Positions 1 to 9,669 are shown, counted from the stretch's first letter. The stretch: 64,000 nucleotides of DNA from Thermoanaerobaculia bacterium (GCA_041567315.1 JBFGCA010000008.1:2990-66989), one strand, 5' to 3'. The notes: generated from the sequence alone by a model not told the origin. A program made the numbers and translations.

Positions 1-1005
1 GCCCGAGGCCAGCAGCAGCCCCAGGTTGCCGGGGTCGTCGTCGTAGGGCTCCAGCAGGGCCGCGCCCCGGCTGCCCAGCGCCCCGTCGGCGTAGAGCTTG
101 ATCCCCCGCAGCGTCAGCCGTGCCTCGGGGTCGAGCGCCGGCCCGCGCTCGAGCCAACGCGCCACCAGCTCGGGCTGATCGCCGTCCAGGAACAGCGCCA
201 CCCGCAGCGGCAACCGGTCCGCCGCGCGCAGGGCCTCGTAGGCCTGCCAGCCCTCCTGCGCGATCCCCATCTCGGTGACCGTGGTCAGGCCCCGGGCCAG
301 ACAGTGCTCCGCCCCGGTCTCGATCTGGCGCCGCCGCTCGGCCGCCGAGGGCCCCGGCAGCCGCCCGCCCGCGACCCCCATGGCGGCGTCCACCAGCACC
401 CCGGTGGGCTGCCCCACCGCGTTGCGCAGGAAGCGCCCACCGGGCGGATCGGCCGTCGCCGCGTCGATCCCCAGCAGCTCGAGCGCCCGGGCGTTGAGCA
501 GCGCCGCGTGGCCGTCGATCCGGGTCAGCCAGACCGGGTGATCCGGCACCGCGGCGCTCAGCGGCCCGTGCTCGGGAAAGCCCTTCTCCGCCCAGTCGTT
601 CTGGTCCCACCCCCGCCCCCGCACCCATTCGCCCGCCGGCAGCCCGGCCGCCGCCGCCCGCACCCGCTCGACGACCTCCGCGTAGCTGCCGGTCCCCACC
701 AGGTCGAGCCGCTCGAGCGCCGCCCCCAGGCTCTCCAGGTGCGAGTGGGCGTCGATCAGCCCCGGCGTGACCACCCGCCCGTCCAGCTCGATCACCCGGG
801 TCTCGGGGCCGCGCCACTTCGCAGCCCCGGCGTCGTCCCCCAGGTAGACGATCCGCCCGTCGTTGACCGCAAGGCTGCCCTCGACCCGGCCCGGTTCGGC
901 CACCGTGTAGAACACCCCCCCGCTCAACAGCAGGTCGGCAACGTCCGCGGCGTGTGACGGCGCGGCGGGCACGAGCAGCAGGCCAAGGGCGATGAGAAGG
1001 CGCAT
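1..1005 (-). CDS. Secreted amidohydrolase (YtcJ/amidohydrolase-3-like), 3' end beyond the window edge
   Basis: Manual translation from ATG 1005: MRLLIALGLLLVPAAPSHAADVADLLLSGGVFYT...VTPGLIDAHSHL (signal peptide plus HxH metal motif), later GRGWDQN, RIDGHAALLN and GIKLYADGALGSRGA. Absent from the ORF track because it is truncated. Confidence 0.88.
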   Translation of the reverse strand, partial: MRLLIALGLLLVPAAPSHAADVADLLLSGGVFYTVAEPGRVEGSLAVNDGRIVYLGDDAGAAKWRGPETRVIELDGRVVTPGLIDAHSHLESLGAALERLDLVGTGSYAEVVERVRAAAAGLPAGEWVRGRGWDQNDWAEKGFPEHGPLSAAVPDHPVWLTRIDGHAALLNARALELLGIDAATADPPGGRFLRNAVGQPTGVLVDAAMGVAGGRLPGPSAAERRRQIETGAEHCLARGLTTVTEMGIAQEGWQAYEALRAADRLPLRVALFLDGDQPELVARWLERGPALDPEARLTLRGIKLYADGALGSRGAALLEPYDDDPGNLGLLLASG

Positions 1006-1049
1006 GGTCGGCAGTGGCGTGGATGGCCACCTATTCTGCGGTGGTGGGC

Positions 1050-1065
1050 TGCAAATGCCAAGCCA
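1050..1065 (-). promoter_or_regulatory. Possible sigma54 (-24/-12) promoter upstream of the amidohydrolase
   Basis: Minus strand TGGCTTGGCATTTGCA has the GG-N10-GC spacing, 45 nt upstream of the ATG. The -24 element is imperfect. Confidence 0.3.
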
Positions 1066-1503
1066 GGGGGCGAAACTGCCGGGCGGGGGGGCGGCAGGGT
1101 GTGGTGAGGGGTGGTTGGAGGGCCGAGGGCGGCGGGTCAGCTTGGAGGGTCGGTGCGAGGGGCCGGCCGGGGCGGGGCCCGCCTGGGACCGGAGCCGGCC
1201 CTGAGGAACTCCGCGGGGGAGGGCCGGCTCCTCCTGTCCGCCTTAGCGCTGCACGGTCGGTTGATCCTCGATCGCCTGCGCAAGCGCTTGGCTCCAGGCC
1301 CCTGTCGCACCCCGCCCCGGCCGGCCCACACCAGGGGTCGCGGCTGACCCGCCGTCCTCGGCGGGCGCCCTGCGCCCGCCCAGCGAGAGGGAGAACAGAA
1401 AGCACCCGCGCCGCCGGCGCCACGCCAACCGTGCCGCGACCCTCGCGGACCGCCGGGCCGGCCGGAAGCGTCGCCACGCTCCTACTGCCCGGCTGGGGAG
1501 GCT

Positions 1504-4500
1504 TTACGGAATCGTGACCAGGCCGACCTGGACGCCGTTGGCCGGGTCGATCAGGAAGACCCGGCGCAGGCCGTCGGAGAGCCGGATGCCGAGCACCGCC
1601 AGCTCGCCGGCCGGCGTGCCGCCGAAGTTGGGCGCGATCTCGAGGTCGAGCGGCTGGAAGGCGGCGGGGAACAGCCGCCCGGCGATGAAGGAGCCGTCCG
1701 AGGCGTCCTTGATCGAGACCCGCACGTCACCGTCGGCCGGCCGCCAGCGCAGCACCGCCAGCTCGTCGGCCACCGGGCCGGCGTAGTGGCCGAGGGTCTC
1801 GAGATCGAGCGGCAGCCAGGCGAGCGGATGGCCGTAGAGCAGCTGGAGCGCGCCACTGGTGGCGTTGCGCACGAACACCCGCACCGCCCCGTCGCTGCCG
1901 CGCCGCCCGAGGATCGCCATCCGCGGCCCGCCGCCGTCGAAGTCGGGCACCACGGCCAGACCGCGCGGCTGGAAGGTGTGGGCGTTGTGGTACTGGGCCG
2001 CGGTGCCGCCGGTGGCGGCGTCCTTGGCGGAAACCAGCACCGCCCGGTCGGTGGCCCGCCGGCCGATCATCGCCAGCTCCTGTGACGGTCCCTGACCGAC
2101 GTCCGGCTGCGCCACCAGCCCGAGCGGGAAGAAGTCCTTCGGGTAGTTGAAGGCGGCCACGGTGGTGCCGGTGCTGCCCTCGACCACCTGCACCCGCGGC
2201 CGGCGGTCGGAGCTCCGCCAGCCCAGCACCGCCAGCTCGGCGGCCGCGGTCTCGGTGAAGCTGTCAACGACCGCCAGGTGCAACGGCCGGAAGTCGGGGT
2301 TGAACGGATGGCTGCGCAACAGCATCCCCGACAGCGCGTCGCGCACGAACACCCGGACCGCGCCGTCGGATGGCCGCACCGCCAGGATGGCGAGCTCGGA
2401 CGCCGGGGTGCCGGCGAAGTTGGGCATCACCGCCAGCGCCACCGCCTTGAAGTCGGGCTGGAAGGTAAGGGCGCGAATCAGGTCGCCGGTCTGGCCGTCG
2501 CGGACGACGATTCCCAGCGAGCCCGACTCCAGCACCGCCACCTCGGGGCTGCCGTTGCCGTTGACGTCGGGCACCATCTCGAGATCGACCAGCGCCAGGA
2601 TCTGGGTGTCTTCGCTCGCCGCGTTGTTGGCGCCGTCGGGGTCGGGGGTGGCCGCCGAGACGCTGCCCTGGTTGGTGATCGTGCCGGCGACGGCCGGGTC
2701 CACGTAGACGTCGAAGCGGACCGGCAGCGAGCCGCCGGGCTGGATGTCCTCGAGCTCGCAGGTGAGCATCCCGCCCGTCTCGATGCACATCGGCGATCCC
2801 GGCTCGACCGACACGAAGAACACTCCCGCCGGGAGCGTGTCCTCGAGCACGACGTCGACTGCCACGCCGGGACCGTTGTTGGTGACGGTCAGCACGTAGG
2901 TCTGCGGCTGGCCGGCCATCAGCGGATCGAAGACGTCGGTCTTGACCAGCTCGAGGTCGGCCTCGGCGACGATCTCGACCGCGTAGTCCTCGACCTCGCC
3001 GTCGGCCGCGAAGCCGGTGAAGCCGAGCCCGCCGCCGGTGTCGAATCGGAAGCGCGCGAAGGTGGTCCCCGGCGGGACGTCGGCCGGCACCGCGACGCTC
3101 AGCGAGTTGACGCCGGCCGCCAGCGCCTGGTCGGTGAACACCTGGTCGCCCGCGTCGCCCCAGTCGCCGTTGGCGTTCCAGTCGATCCAGGCGTTGAGCA
3201 GACCCGCCACCGAGGCGGTCACCTCGACGGTCGCCGTCGTGCCGGTGGTCAGCGGATCGACGAAGGCGACCCCGTCCTCGTCGTCGAGGTCGGCCAGGTC
3301 GTCGCCGTCGGCGGCCGGGGTCGGCTGGCCGTCGATCTCGGCGTCGATGAGGGCACCGAGGTGCACCCCGCCGACGTCCACGTGCCGCGCCCCGTCGTCG
3401 GCAAACAGCGTCGGGTAGTCGGGCAGCGGCGCGTCGCCGAAGTCGAGGGTGAGCGGCGTGGTGTCGGTGCCCTGGTTGTCGGCCGGGTTCGGATCGGCGC
3501 CGTTGGCGCCGTCGTCGGCCACCGAAGCGGTGTTGGTGATCTCGAAGACCCCCGGCGTCACCGGGTTGTCCACCGTCACCGCGAAGGTCACCGAGGCGGT
3601 GCCGGCGCCGCCGCCCGCCAGCTCGCCCGGCACCATGTGCACGCAGACCGTCCCCGCCGGCGCGCCGTCGGCGCAGGACCAGACGCCGGCGCCGCCCGAG
3701 GCCGCCTCGTTGAAGGTGGTCTCGGCCGGCACTTCGTCGCTGATCTCGACGCCGGTGGCGCCCTGGCTGCCGTTGTTGACCACCTCGAGCGCGTAGGCGA
3801 CGACGCCGCCCGGGAAGCTGGTGACGCCGCCGTCGTCCTTGGTGATGGCGAGGTCGGGCGCGGCCGCGACGTTGGTCGTCTCGCTAGTCGAGTCGTCGCC
3901 GGTGTTGACCAGCGGCGTGGTGGCGGTAACGCTCGCCTGGTTGACGATCGAGTCCACTCCGCCGGCCAGCACGGCGTCCACCGTCACCGTCACCGTGAAC
4001 TGCCCGGTCGCGCCGGCGACGACCGTTCCCAGCGTGCAGGTCGGCACCCCGATGGGGTCCTCCGCGCAACCCGAGGTCGAATCGAGCGTCACCTCGGCCG
4101 GCAGGGTGTCGCTGACCACCACGCCCTGGGCGTCCGACGGCCCGAGGTTCTGCACCGCAACGGTGTAGACCAGGGTGCCGCCGGCGACCACCGGGTCGAC
4201 GTCGTCGGACTTGGTGATCACCAGGTCGGCCTCCGCCAGCACCGTCGTGCCTTGGGTCGTCGAGTTGTTGGCCGAGTTGGGGTCGATCGTCGACGAAGCG
4301 ACGCTCGCCTGGTTGGTGATGACCCCCAGCGTCCCCGAGTCGACGGTCACGTTGATGGCGTACTGGACCGGCACGCCCACCGCGACGTTCCCCAGGTTGC
4401 AGGCCGGCACCCCGGCCGGGTCGTTCATGCAGCCGACGGTCGAGACGAAGGTGACGCCCGCCGGCAGCGTGTCGGTCACCACCACGTTCTGCGCCGGTGA

Positions 4501-7209
4501 CGGCCCGGCGTTCATCACCGTCACCGTGTAGCTCAGGGCGGTGCCGGCGATCACCGGGTCGGGCGAGTCGCTCTTGGCGATCGACAGATCGGCCGCCGGC
4601 TGGACGGCCGGCGTCGGGTAGTCCTCCACCTCGCCGTCGAGCGCCCGGCCGGTGGGCGCCAGCCCGCCGCCCGAGTCGAGGCGGAAACGCGCGAACGTCG
4701 TGCTGGTGACCGCGGTGGCCGGCACCGTGAAGTTCACCGTCTGCGCGCCGGCGACCACCGCCAGATCGGTGGCGATCTGCTCGGCCGGGCTCTCCCAGAC
4801 GCCGTTCAAGTTCCAGTCGATCCAGGCGTTCAAGAGGCCCGCCGCCGCGGCGGTCACCTCCACCGTCGCCGGCTGCCCCAGCACCAGGGCGCTGGTGAAG
4901 ACGACGCCGTTCTCGTCGTCGTTGCCGTCGACGTCGTCGCCGTCCGCCGTCGCCGCAGGCTGGCCGTCGGCCTCGACGTCGGGCTCGTCGCCAACCGGAC
5001 CGAGGAAGAGCGTCGCGCCGCCCGCCGGCACGACGTGCCGCGCGCCGTCGTTGGCCAGCAGCGTCGGGTACTCGCCCGGGGTGGCCACCAGCGGGTCGGG
5101 GGCGTCGCCGTAGTCGGCGCTCTTGTAGTCGATCCCCTGGCTGGCCTGGTTGTCGGTCAGGTCCGGGTCGGTCTGGTCGAGGGCCGTGACCTCGGCGGTG
5201 TTGGTGATGAAGCCGTCGTAGCGGAGGACCTCCGAAGCAACTCCGAGGCTGGTGACGTAGAGGTTTCCGTCGGGGCCGAACCACAGGTAGTTCGGATTGG
5301 ACAGCCCGCCACTGGCAGCGGGAACGAATGCGTCGATGAAGGCACCCGTGGATCCGTCGTAGCGCAAGACCTCCAAGGTCAGGAAGCTGGCCACGTAGAG
5401 ATTGTCGTCTGGGCCGAAGTACAGGCCGACCGGGATGTCCAGCCCACCGCTGCCGGCGGCAACGAAAGCGTCGATGAACGCTCCCGTGGTGCCGTCGTAT
5501 CGCAACACCTGGTCGGTGGCCTGACTGGTCACATAGAGGTGGCCGTCGAGGCCGAACGCCGGGTCGCCGGGTTGGCTGAGACCCCCGCTGCCGGTGCTCA
5601 CGAAGGCGTCGATGAAGGCACCCGTCGCGCCGTCGTAGCGCAACACCTCGTCCGTGCCGATGCTGGCGAGGTAGAGATGCCGGTCGGGACCGAAGGTCAG
5701 ACCTTCGGGGGTGATCAGCCCGCCGCTGCCAGCGGAGACGAAGGCGTCGATAAACGCCCCCGTCGTGCCGTCGTAGCGCAACACCTCGTTCGTGGACCGG
5801 CTGGAGACGTAGAGGTTACCGTCAGGGCCGAACACGAGGTCCCGCGGCCGATCCAGGCCGCCGCTGGCGGCGCTCACGAACACGTCGATGAACGCCCCGG
5901 TCGTGCCGTCGTAGCGCAGCACCTGGTCGGTGCCGTCGCTGGCGACGTAGAGATTGCCGTCGGGACCAAATGTCAGGCCTTCGGGGGTGGTCAACCCGCC
6001 GCTTCCCGCGCTCACGAAGTCGTCGATGAACGCCCCCGTGCCGCCCGGATCCCCCACCCCGGGATTGACCGTCGCGGTGATCTCGAGCGTCGCCATCGCG
6101 CCGACCGCCAGCGTCGTCATCCCGAAGTCCCAGACCCCGGTCAGGTCGTCGTAGGTCCCCTGGCTGGGGTTGTCGGAGACGTAGTCGAGGCCGGAGGGCA
6201 GCAGGTCGGTGATCTCGACGCCGGTGGCCGGCGACGGGCCGTCGTTGGTCACCTTGACGGTGAAGGTGACGGTCTCGCCGATGATCGGCATGAGCTGGTC
6301 GACCGACTTCTCGACCACCAGATCCGAGTCGGTGAGCACCGGCGTGGTGTCGTTGGCGGTGTTGTCGGCCGGGTTGGCCTCCTCGCCGGAGACGTCGGCG
6401 ATCGTCGCCGTGTTGTCGAGCTCGGTCTGCCCGGCCGGGAAGGGATCGTCGACGTCGACCGCGAAGTCGACCGTCAGGCCGCCCACCCCGACGCCGATCG
6501 CGCCGGCCGCGTGGGTGCAGACCGTGCCGCCCGGGGCGCCGTCGGCGCACGACCAGACGCCCGCCCCGCCGCTCGCCGCCTCGTTGAAGGTCGAGCCGAT
6601 GGGGACCGTCTCGGTGATGGTCACCGCGCCGGCGTCCTGGGTGGCGCCAGCGCCGTCGTTGCCGAAGGTGACCGTGTAGGTCACGGTGTCGCCCGGCATG
6701 GCGACGAAGCCGCCGTCGTCCTTGGCGATCGTGAGGTCGGGCGAGGCCGTGACGTCGGTCACCGTCGGATCGGCGCCGCCGCCGACGTCCGGGTCGTCGG
6801 TCAGCACGGTCGTGAAGTTGCCGGCCACCGAGCCCTGGTTGAAGACCTGCTCCACGCCGGCCGCCACCGGGCTGTCCACCGTCGCCTGGAAGGTGATCGT
6901 CAGCGTCTTGCCGGGCGGCAGCTCGCCGACGTTGAGCGAGACGTCCTGGGCCCGGAGACCGGCGGCGCCGGCGGCGGCCAGCGCCAGGACGACGAGCAGT
7001 AGCTTGCCGGTGCTAGCAGCCCGTGGTGCAAGTCCACCGGCCCGTCTGGCGGCGGGGCGAGGCCGTCTGCGGCGTTGCCGCTCCTCGACAATGGCTCGGC
7101 ATTGCCTGCGTCGCGGCGCCTGGCATCCGGCCCCGCCGCGCTCGCCAGCCCACCCAGCGGACTTACACCACGGGCTGCTAGGGGCTTTGGCGTGGTCCCG
7201 GCGGGTCAT
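1504..7209 (-). CDS. Giant secreted surface protein (~1901 aa): several DUF11-like Ig domains, six-bladed NHL-like propeller, two GEVED domains, C-terminal FG-GAP-like repeats
   Basis: In-frame ATG 7209 (MTRRDHAKAP...) with hydrophobic LLLVVLALAAAGAAGLRA/QD; repeated DLxIxKxD...VTNxGPS DUF11 motifs; two GEVEDY motifs. The ORF-track extension to 8079 overlaps real genes and is ignored. Confidence 0.85.
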   Translation of the reverse strand: MTRRDHAKAPSSPWCKSAGWAGERGGAGCQAPRRRQCRAIVEERQRRRRPRPAARRAGGLAPRAASTGKLLLVVLALAAAGAAGLRAQDVSLNVGELPPGKTLTITFQATVDSPVAAGVEQVFNQGSVAGNFTTVLTDDPDVGGGADPTVTDVTASPDLTIAKDDGGFVAMPGDTVTYTVTFGNDGAGATQDAGAVTITETVPIGSTFNEAASGGAGVWSCADGAPGGTVCTHAAGAIGVGVGGLTVDFAVDVDDPFPAGQTELDNTATIADVSGEEANPADNTANDTTPVLTDSDLVVEKSVDQLMPIIGETVTFTVKVTNDGPSPATGVEITDLLPSGLDYVSDNPSQGTYDDLTGVWDFGMTTLAVGAMATLEITATVNPGVGDPGGTGAFIDDFVSAGSGGLTTPEGLTFGPDGNLYVASDGTDQVLRYDGTTGAFIDVFVSAASGGLDRPRDLVFGPDGNLYVSSRSTNEVLRYDGTTGAFIDAFVSAGSGGLITPEGLTFGPDRHLYLASIGTDEVLRYDGATGAFIDAFVSTGSGGLSQPGDPAFGLDGHLYVTSQATDQVLRYDGTTGAFIDAFVAAGSGGLDIPVGLYFGPDDNLYVASFLTLEVLRYDGSTGAFIDAFVPAASGGLSNPNYLWFGPDGNLYVTSLGVASEVLRYDGFITNTAEVTALDQTDPDLTDNQASQGIDYKSADYGDAPDPLVATPGEYPTLLANDGARHVVPAGGATLFLGPVGDEPDVEADGQPAATADGDDVDGNDDENGVVFTSALVLGQPATVEVTAAAAGLLNAWIDWNLNGVWESPAEQIATDLAVVAGAQTVNFTVPATAVTSTTFARFRLDSGGGLAPTGRALDGEVEDYPTPAVQPAADLSIAKSDSPDPVIAGTALSYTVTVMNAGPSPAQNVVVTDTLPAGVTFVSTVGCMNDPAGVPACNLGNVAVGVPVQYAINVTVDSGTLGVITNQASVASSTIDPNSANNSTTQGTTVLAEADLVITKSDDVDPVVAGGTLVYTVAVQNLGPSDAQGVVVSDTLPAEVTLDSTSGCAEDPIGVPTCTLGTVVAGATGQFTVTVTVDAVLAGGVDSIVNQASVTATTPLVNTGDDSTSETTNVAAAPDLAITKDDGGVTSFPGGVVAYALEVVNNGSQGATGVEISDEVPAETTFNEAASGGAGVWSCADGAPAGTVCVHMVPGELAGGGAGTASVTFAVTVDNPVTPGVFEITNTASVADDGANGADPNPADNQGTDTTPLTLDFGDAPLPDYPTLFADDGARHVDVGGVHLGALIDAEIDGQPTPAADGDDLADLDDEDGVAFVDPLTTGTTATVEVTASVAGLLNAWIDWNANGDWGDAGDQVFTDQALAAGVNSLSVAVPADVPPGTTFARFRFDTGGGLGFTGFAADGEVEDYAVEIVAEADLELVKTDVFDPLMAGQPQTYVLTVTNNGPGVAVDVVLEDTLPAGVFFVSVEPGSPMCIETGGMLTCELEDIQPGGSLPVRFDVYVDPAVAGTITNQGSVSAATPDPDGANNAASEDTQILALVDLEMVPDVNGNGSPEVAVLESGSLGIVVRDGQTGDLIRALTFQPDFKAVALAVMPNFAGTPASELAILAVRPSDGAVRVFVRDALSGMLLRSHPFNPDFRPLHLAVVDSFTETAAAELAVLGWRSSDRRPRVQVVEGSTGTTVAAFNYPKDFFPLGLVAQPDVGQGPSQELAMIGRRATDRAVLVSAKDAATGGTAAQYHNAHTFQPRGLAVVPDFDGGGPRMAILGRRGSDGAVRVFVRNATSGALQLLYGHPLAWLPLDLETLGHYAGPVADELAVLRWRPADGDVRVSIKDASDGSFIAGRLFPAAFQPLDLEIAPNFGGTPAGELAVLGIRLSDGLRRVFLIDPANGVQVGLVTIP
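1510..2590 (-). repeat. About 6-7 coding repeats of ~56 aa (P.F.G.P..ELAVL..R.SDG.VRV...D..SG), FG-GAP-like propeller
   Basis: Recurring ELAVL/ELAIL...RxSD motif in the translated C-terminus. Confidence 0.65.
5212..6036 (-). repeat. Six tandem 138-nt (46-aa) coding repeats GAFIDxFVSAGSGGLxxPxGLxFGPDGNLYVxSxxTxxVLRYDGTT
   Basis: The gtcgat(g/a)aa motif recurs every 138 nt; six near-identical peptide units. Confidence 0.92.
7013..7181. mobile_element. MITE/REP-like element, 23-bp terminal inverted repeats, bounded by CTAG on both sides
   Basis: ctagcagcccgtggtgcaagtcc (7013-7035) and ggacttacaccacgggctgctag (7159-7181) are reverse complements with 1 mismatch; partial copies lie at 22060-22106 and 28403-28456. 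Confidence 0.8.
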
Positions 7210-7358
7210 GGCACGGACGACAGGCCCCCCGCGGGGGTCGCGTAGGGTCGCCCGCCAGGCACCTGCCCCGGCCGCCCCGTCAGGCCTGTTTGCGGCTTTG
7301 CCGACGCCGCGGATCCTACCCGGGCCGCGGCCCCCGCCGCAAGCGCGCTGCAGGCGCG

Positions 7359-7628
7359 CTACAGCCGTACGAAGAGCCGCCGGTACCAGGGCACGCCCTG
7401 CTCCCTGAGGTGGGCGCGCACCTCGCGCAGGTGCTCCTTGTCGTGCTGGCGGGCCAGCTTCTGGAGGAAGGCGGTGCCCTCGCTCTCGTGGCAGACCTTG
7501 TACTTCTTGCCGCTGCCGCACGGGCAGGGCTCGTTGCGACCCACCTTGGCGACGTGACGCGGCGCCGGCGCCCCCGAAAAGCCGGGCCAGACCACCTTCG
7601 AGTACATCTTGCGTCCGCGCGTCGCCAT
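7359..7628 (-). CDS. Small SEC-C motif (zinc-binding) protein, 89 aa
   Basis: [20 protein letters not shown]; ATG 7628 preceded by AGGAGAGGAGG. Confidence 0.85.
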   Translation of the reverse strand: MATRGRKMYSKVVWPGFSGAPAPRHVAKVGRNEPCPCGSGKKYKVCHESEGTAFLQKLARQHDKEHLREVRAHLREQGVPWYRRLFVRL

Positions 7629-7764
7629 CGAGCCGCCTCCTCTCCTGAGGACCCGATTGTACCGCCGCGGCGGCCTGCACCGGGCCGACCTGCGCGCCCC
7701 CGTCTTGACCGGCCGCGGGCGGCGAGAGAAGATCGCCACCGTGCCGCCGGCGCCTCGCGAGCCG

Positions 7765-8067
7765 ATGCCCTCCGCAGACGATCTCAGGCTCGAGACCTTC
7801 CAGCCCCATCTCGGCGAGACCTTCCGCCTGCGGCTCGAGGGCCTCCAGCCGCTCGCCCTCGAGCTGGTCGAGGCGCGGGGCGAGGGCGGGGACTCCGACA
7901 GCCGCGAGCCGTTCTCGCTGCTCTTCCTCGGACCGCCCGAGCCGGTGCTCGACCAGATGATCCGGCGGCTCGATCACGACCGGTTGGGCACGCTCCATCT
8001 CTTCCTCGTCCCGCTGGGGCCCGACCGCGAGCGGCAGGGCGTCCTCTACGAAGCGGTCTTCAGCTAG
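7765..8067 (+). CDS. DUF6916-like protein (usual neighbour of tail-collar genes)
   Basis: [22 protein letters not shown]...[11 protein letters not shown]...LFLVPLGP...YEAVFS. Confidence 0.75.
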   Translation: MPSADDLRLETFQPHLGETFRLRLEGLQPLALELVEARGEGGDSDSREPFSLLFLGPPEPVLDQMIRRLDHDRLGTLHLFLVPLGPDRERQGVLYEAVFS

Positions 8068-8576
8068 CTGGGGCGCCACTCCATCAGGTAGTAGATCCCC
8101 TGCTCCTCGAGCGGCTCGAAGCCGAGGCGCGCGTAGAGGCGCAGGGCCGGGTTGTTCCTCTCGACGTGGATGCGCAGCGGCTTGCCGGCCGCCCCGGCCT
8201 CCTCCTGGAGGTCGCGCAGGATGGCGCCTCCGATGCCGGCGCCCCGGGAGCCGGGAACCAGCGCGATGTCGATCAACCGGTGCTCGTCCGGCCGGCGGTC
8301 CAGGTAGAGCCGCCCGATCGGCCGCTCCCGCCGCTCGATCACCAGGTAGTCGGCGTCGGGAAAATGCTCCTGGTAGTAGCGGTGCTGGGCGTCGAACTGG
8401 AAGCGCAGGAACGACTCCTTCTGCTCGTCGCTCCAGGGCACCGGCGCCAGCTCCTCCTCGCGGGTCGAGGCATAGAGCCGGTAGAGGAACTCCAGGTCGC
8501 CGGCGGCCAGCGGCCGGAAGCTGACGGCGGTCGCCGGTGGCGCCGTGGTATCGATCACCCGCACCGTCCTGGGCAC
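8064..8576 (-). CDS. GNAT family N-acetyltransferase
   Basis: IDIALVPGSRGAGIGGAIL acetyl-CoA motif; NPALRLYARLGF. Confidence 0.88.
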   Translation of the reverse strand: MPRTVRVIDTTAPPATAVSFRPLAAGDLEFLYRLYASTREEELAPVPWSDEQKESFLRFQFDAQHRYYQEHFPDADYLVIERRERPIGRLYLDRRPDEHRLIDIALVPGSRGAGIGGAILRDLQEEAGAAGKPLRIHVERNNPALRLYARLGFEPLEEQGIYYLMEWRPS

Positions 8577-8618
8577 CGCATCGAGCTCGCGCTCGCTTGC
8601 GCCACGCGCCCCGTCAAC

Positions 8619-9137
8619 CTAGCTCCGCGACGGGTAGAGCCCGACCAGGGCGATGATGAAGTTCATCACCAGGAAGGGCTGCACGTTGTTGTGGGCCTGG
8701 GTGCCGCCGGCGTTGGTCACCATCTGCGGCGACATGTCGACCAGCGACTGCGAGGTCAGATACGGGTTCGCTCCCACCGTCCGGGCGAAGGTGTTGCTGG
8801 CGGGCCCGGACGAGTTGCCCGGCAGCGGCAGGCAGCGCAGCGTGTGCGTGTGGTTGGCCATCTGCGCCTCGGTCAGCGTCACGGTTTCGGTACCGCCCTT
8901 CTGTCCCAGCCGGCGCGCGGTGAGGCCCGGGCCGCGGCCCGGGTGCATCGGCGCCCGGCCCTTGAGGTTGGGCAGCGCGGTGGTGGTCCGTCCGTCCCCG
9001 CCGTAGGTCGTGCCGATCAGCGAGAAGAGGGCCGTGTTCTGCGCGATGGGCAGCAGCTGGCCGTTGCAGAAGGCCCAGCCGCGCGGCGCGAAGTTGCCCG
9101 CGAAGATCCGGATCTCGGCAAGAAAAGGCTCTGACAT
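8619..9137 (-). CDS. Phage tail-collar domain protein (microcystin-dependent protein-like), copy 3
   Basis: MSEPFLAEIRIFAGNFAPRGWAFCNGQLLPI...GTTYGGDGRTT.ALPNL.GR...AHNNVQP...IIAL.GLYPSR. Confidence 0.92.
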   Translation of the reverse strand: MSEPFLAEIRIFAGNFAPRGWAFCNGQLLPIAQNTALFSLIGTTYGGDGRTTTALPNLKGRAPMHPGRGPGLTARRLGQKGGTETVTLTEAQMANHTHTLRCLPLPGNSSGPASNTFARTVGANPYLTSQSLVDMSPQMVTNAGGTQAHNNVQPFLVMNFIIALVGLYPSRS

Positions 9138-9150
9138 GGCGACTCCCCCT

Positions 9151-9669
9151 CTACTGCCGACTCGGGTAGATCCCGACCAGCGCGATGATGAAGTTGACGC
9201 AGAGAAACGGCATCAGATTGATGTGCGACTGGCTGCCCCCGACCTTTCCGATCGCATCGGTCGACATGTCCTGGGCCGGGGCGCCGGTCTGGTAGAGGTC
9301 GAAGAGCGACGACTCGGCGGTCACCCGGTTGGCCGGGGCCGCCTTGTTGGCGACGCTGGTCGAGGCCTTGACGTCGTGGTCGTGGCTCGGCAGCTGGTTG
9401 ACCGTGATCGTCTCCTCCTCGGTGCCGAACTTGGCGCCCAGGCGGCGCGGCGACAGCCCCGGCCCGGTCCCGGCGTGGATCGGAATCCGCCCGCGCATGT
9501 CGGGGAGTCCGAAGGTGGTGCGGCCGTCGCCGCCGTAGATCGTGCCCAGGAGTGAGAACAACGCGTCGTTCTGCGACACGGCGAGGAGCTGCCCGTCACA
9601 GAAGGCCCAGCCGCGCGGCGCGAAGTTGCCCGCGAACATCCGGATCTCGCCTACGAAAGGTTCCGACAT
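9151..9669 (-). CDS. Phage tail-collar domain protein, copy 2
   Basis: Same motifs as its neighbours; RBS AGGAGG. Confidence 0.92.
   Translation of the reverse strand: MSEPFVGEIRMFAGNFAPRGWAFCDGQLLAVSQNDALFSLLGTIYGGDGRTTFGLPDMRGRIPIHAGTGPGLSPRRLGAKFGTEEETITVNQLPSHDHDVKASTSVANKAAPANRVTAESSLFDLYQTGAPAQDMSTDAIGKVGGSQSHINLMPFLCVNFIIALVGIYPSRQ

Noticed and set aside
1070-1500. Short ORFs or a structured RNA between the amidohydrolase and the giant protein
   Set aside because: No recognisable protein or RNA motif; several overlapping low-complexity frames and no way to choose among them.
5212-6036. Regular 138-nt repeats as a possible CRISPR array
   Set aside because: They are in-frame protein repeats with synonymous variation and no unique spacers; no cas genes are present.
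7210-8079. N-terminal 290 aa of the 2191-aa ORF in the track
   Set aside because: It overlaps the SEC-C and DUF6916-like genes; it is an open frame caused by high GC, and the signal peptide points to ATG 7209.
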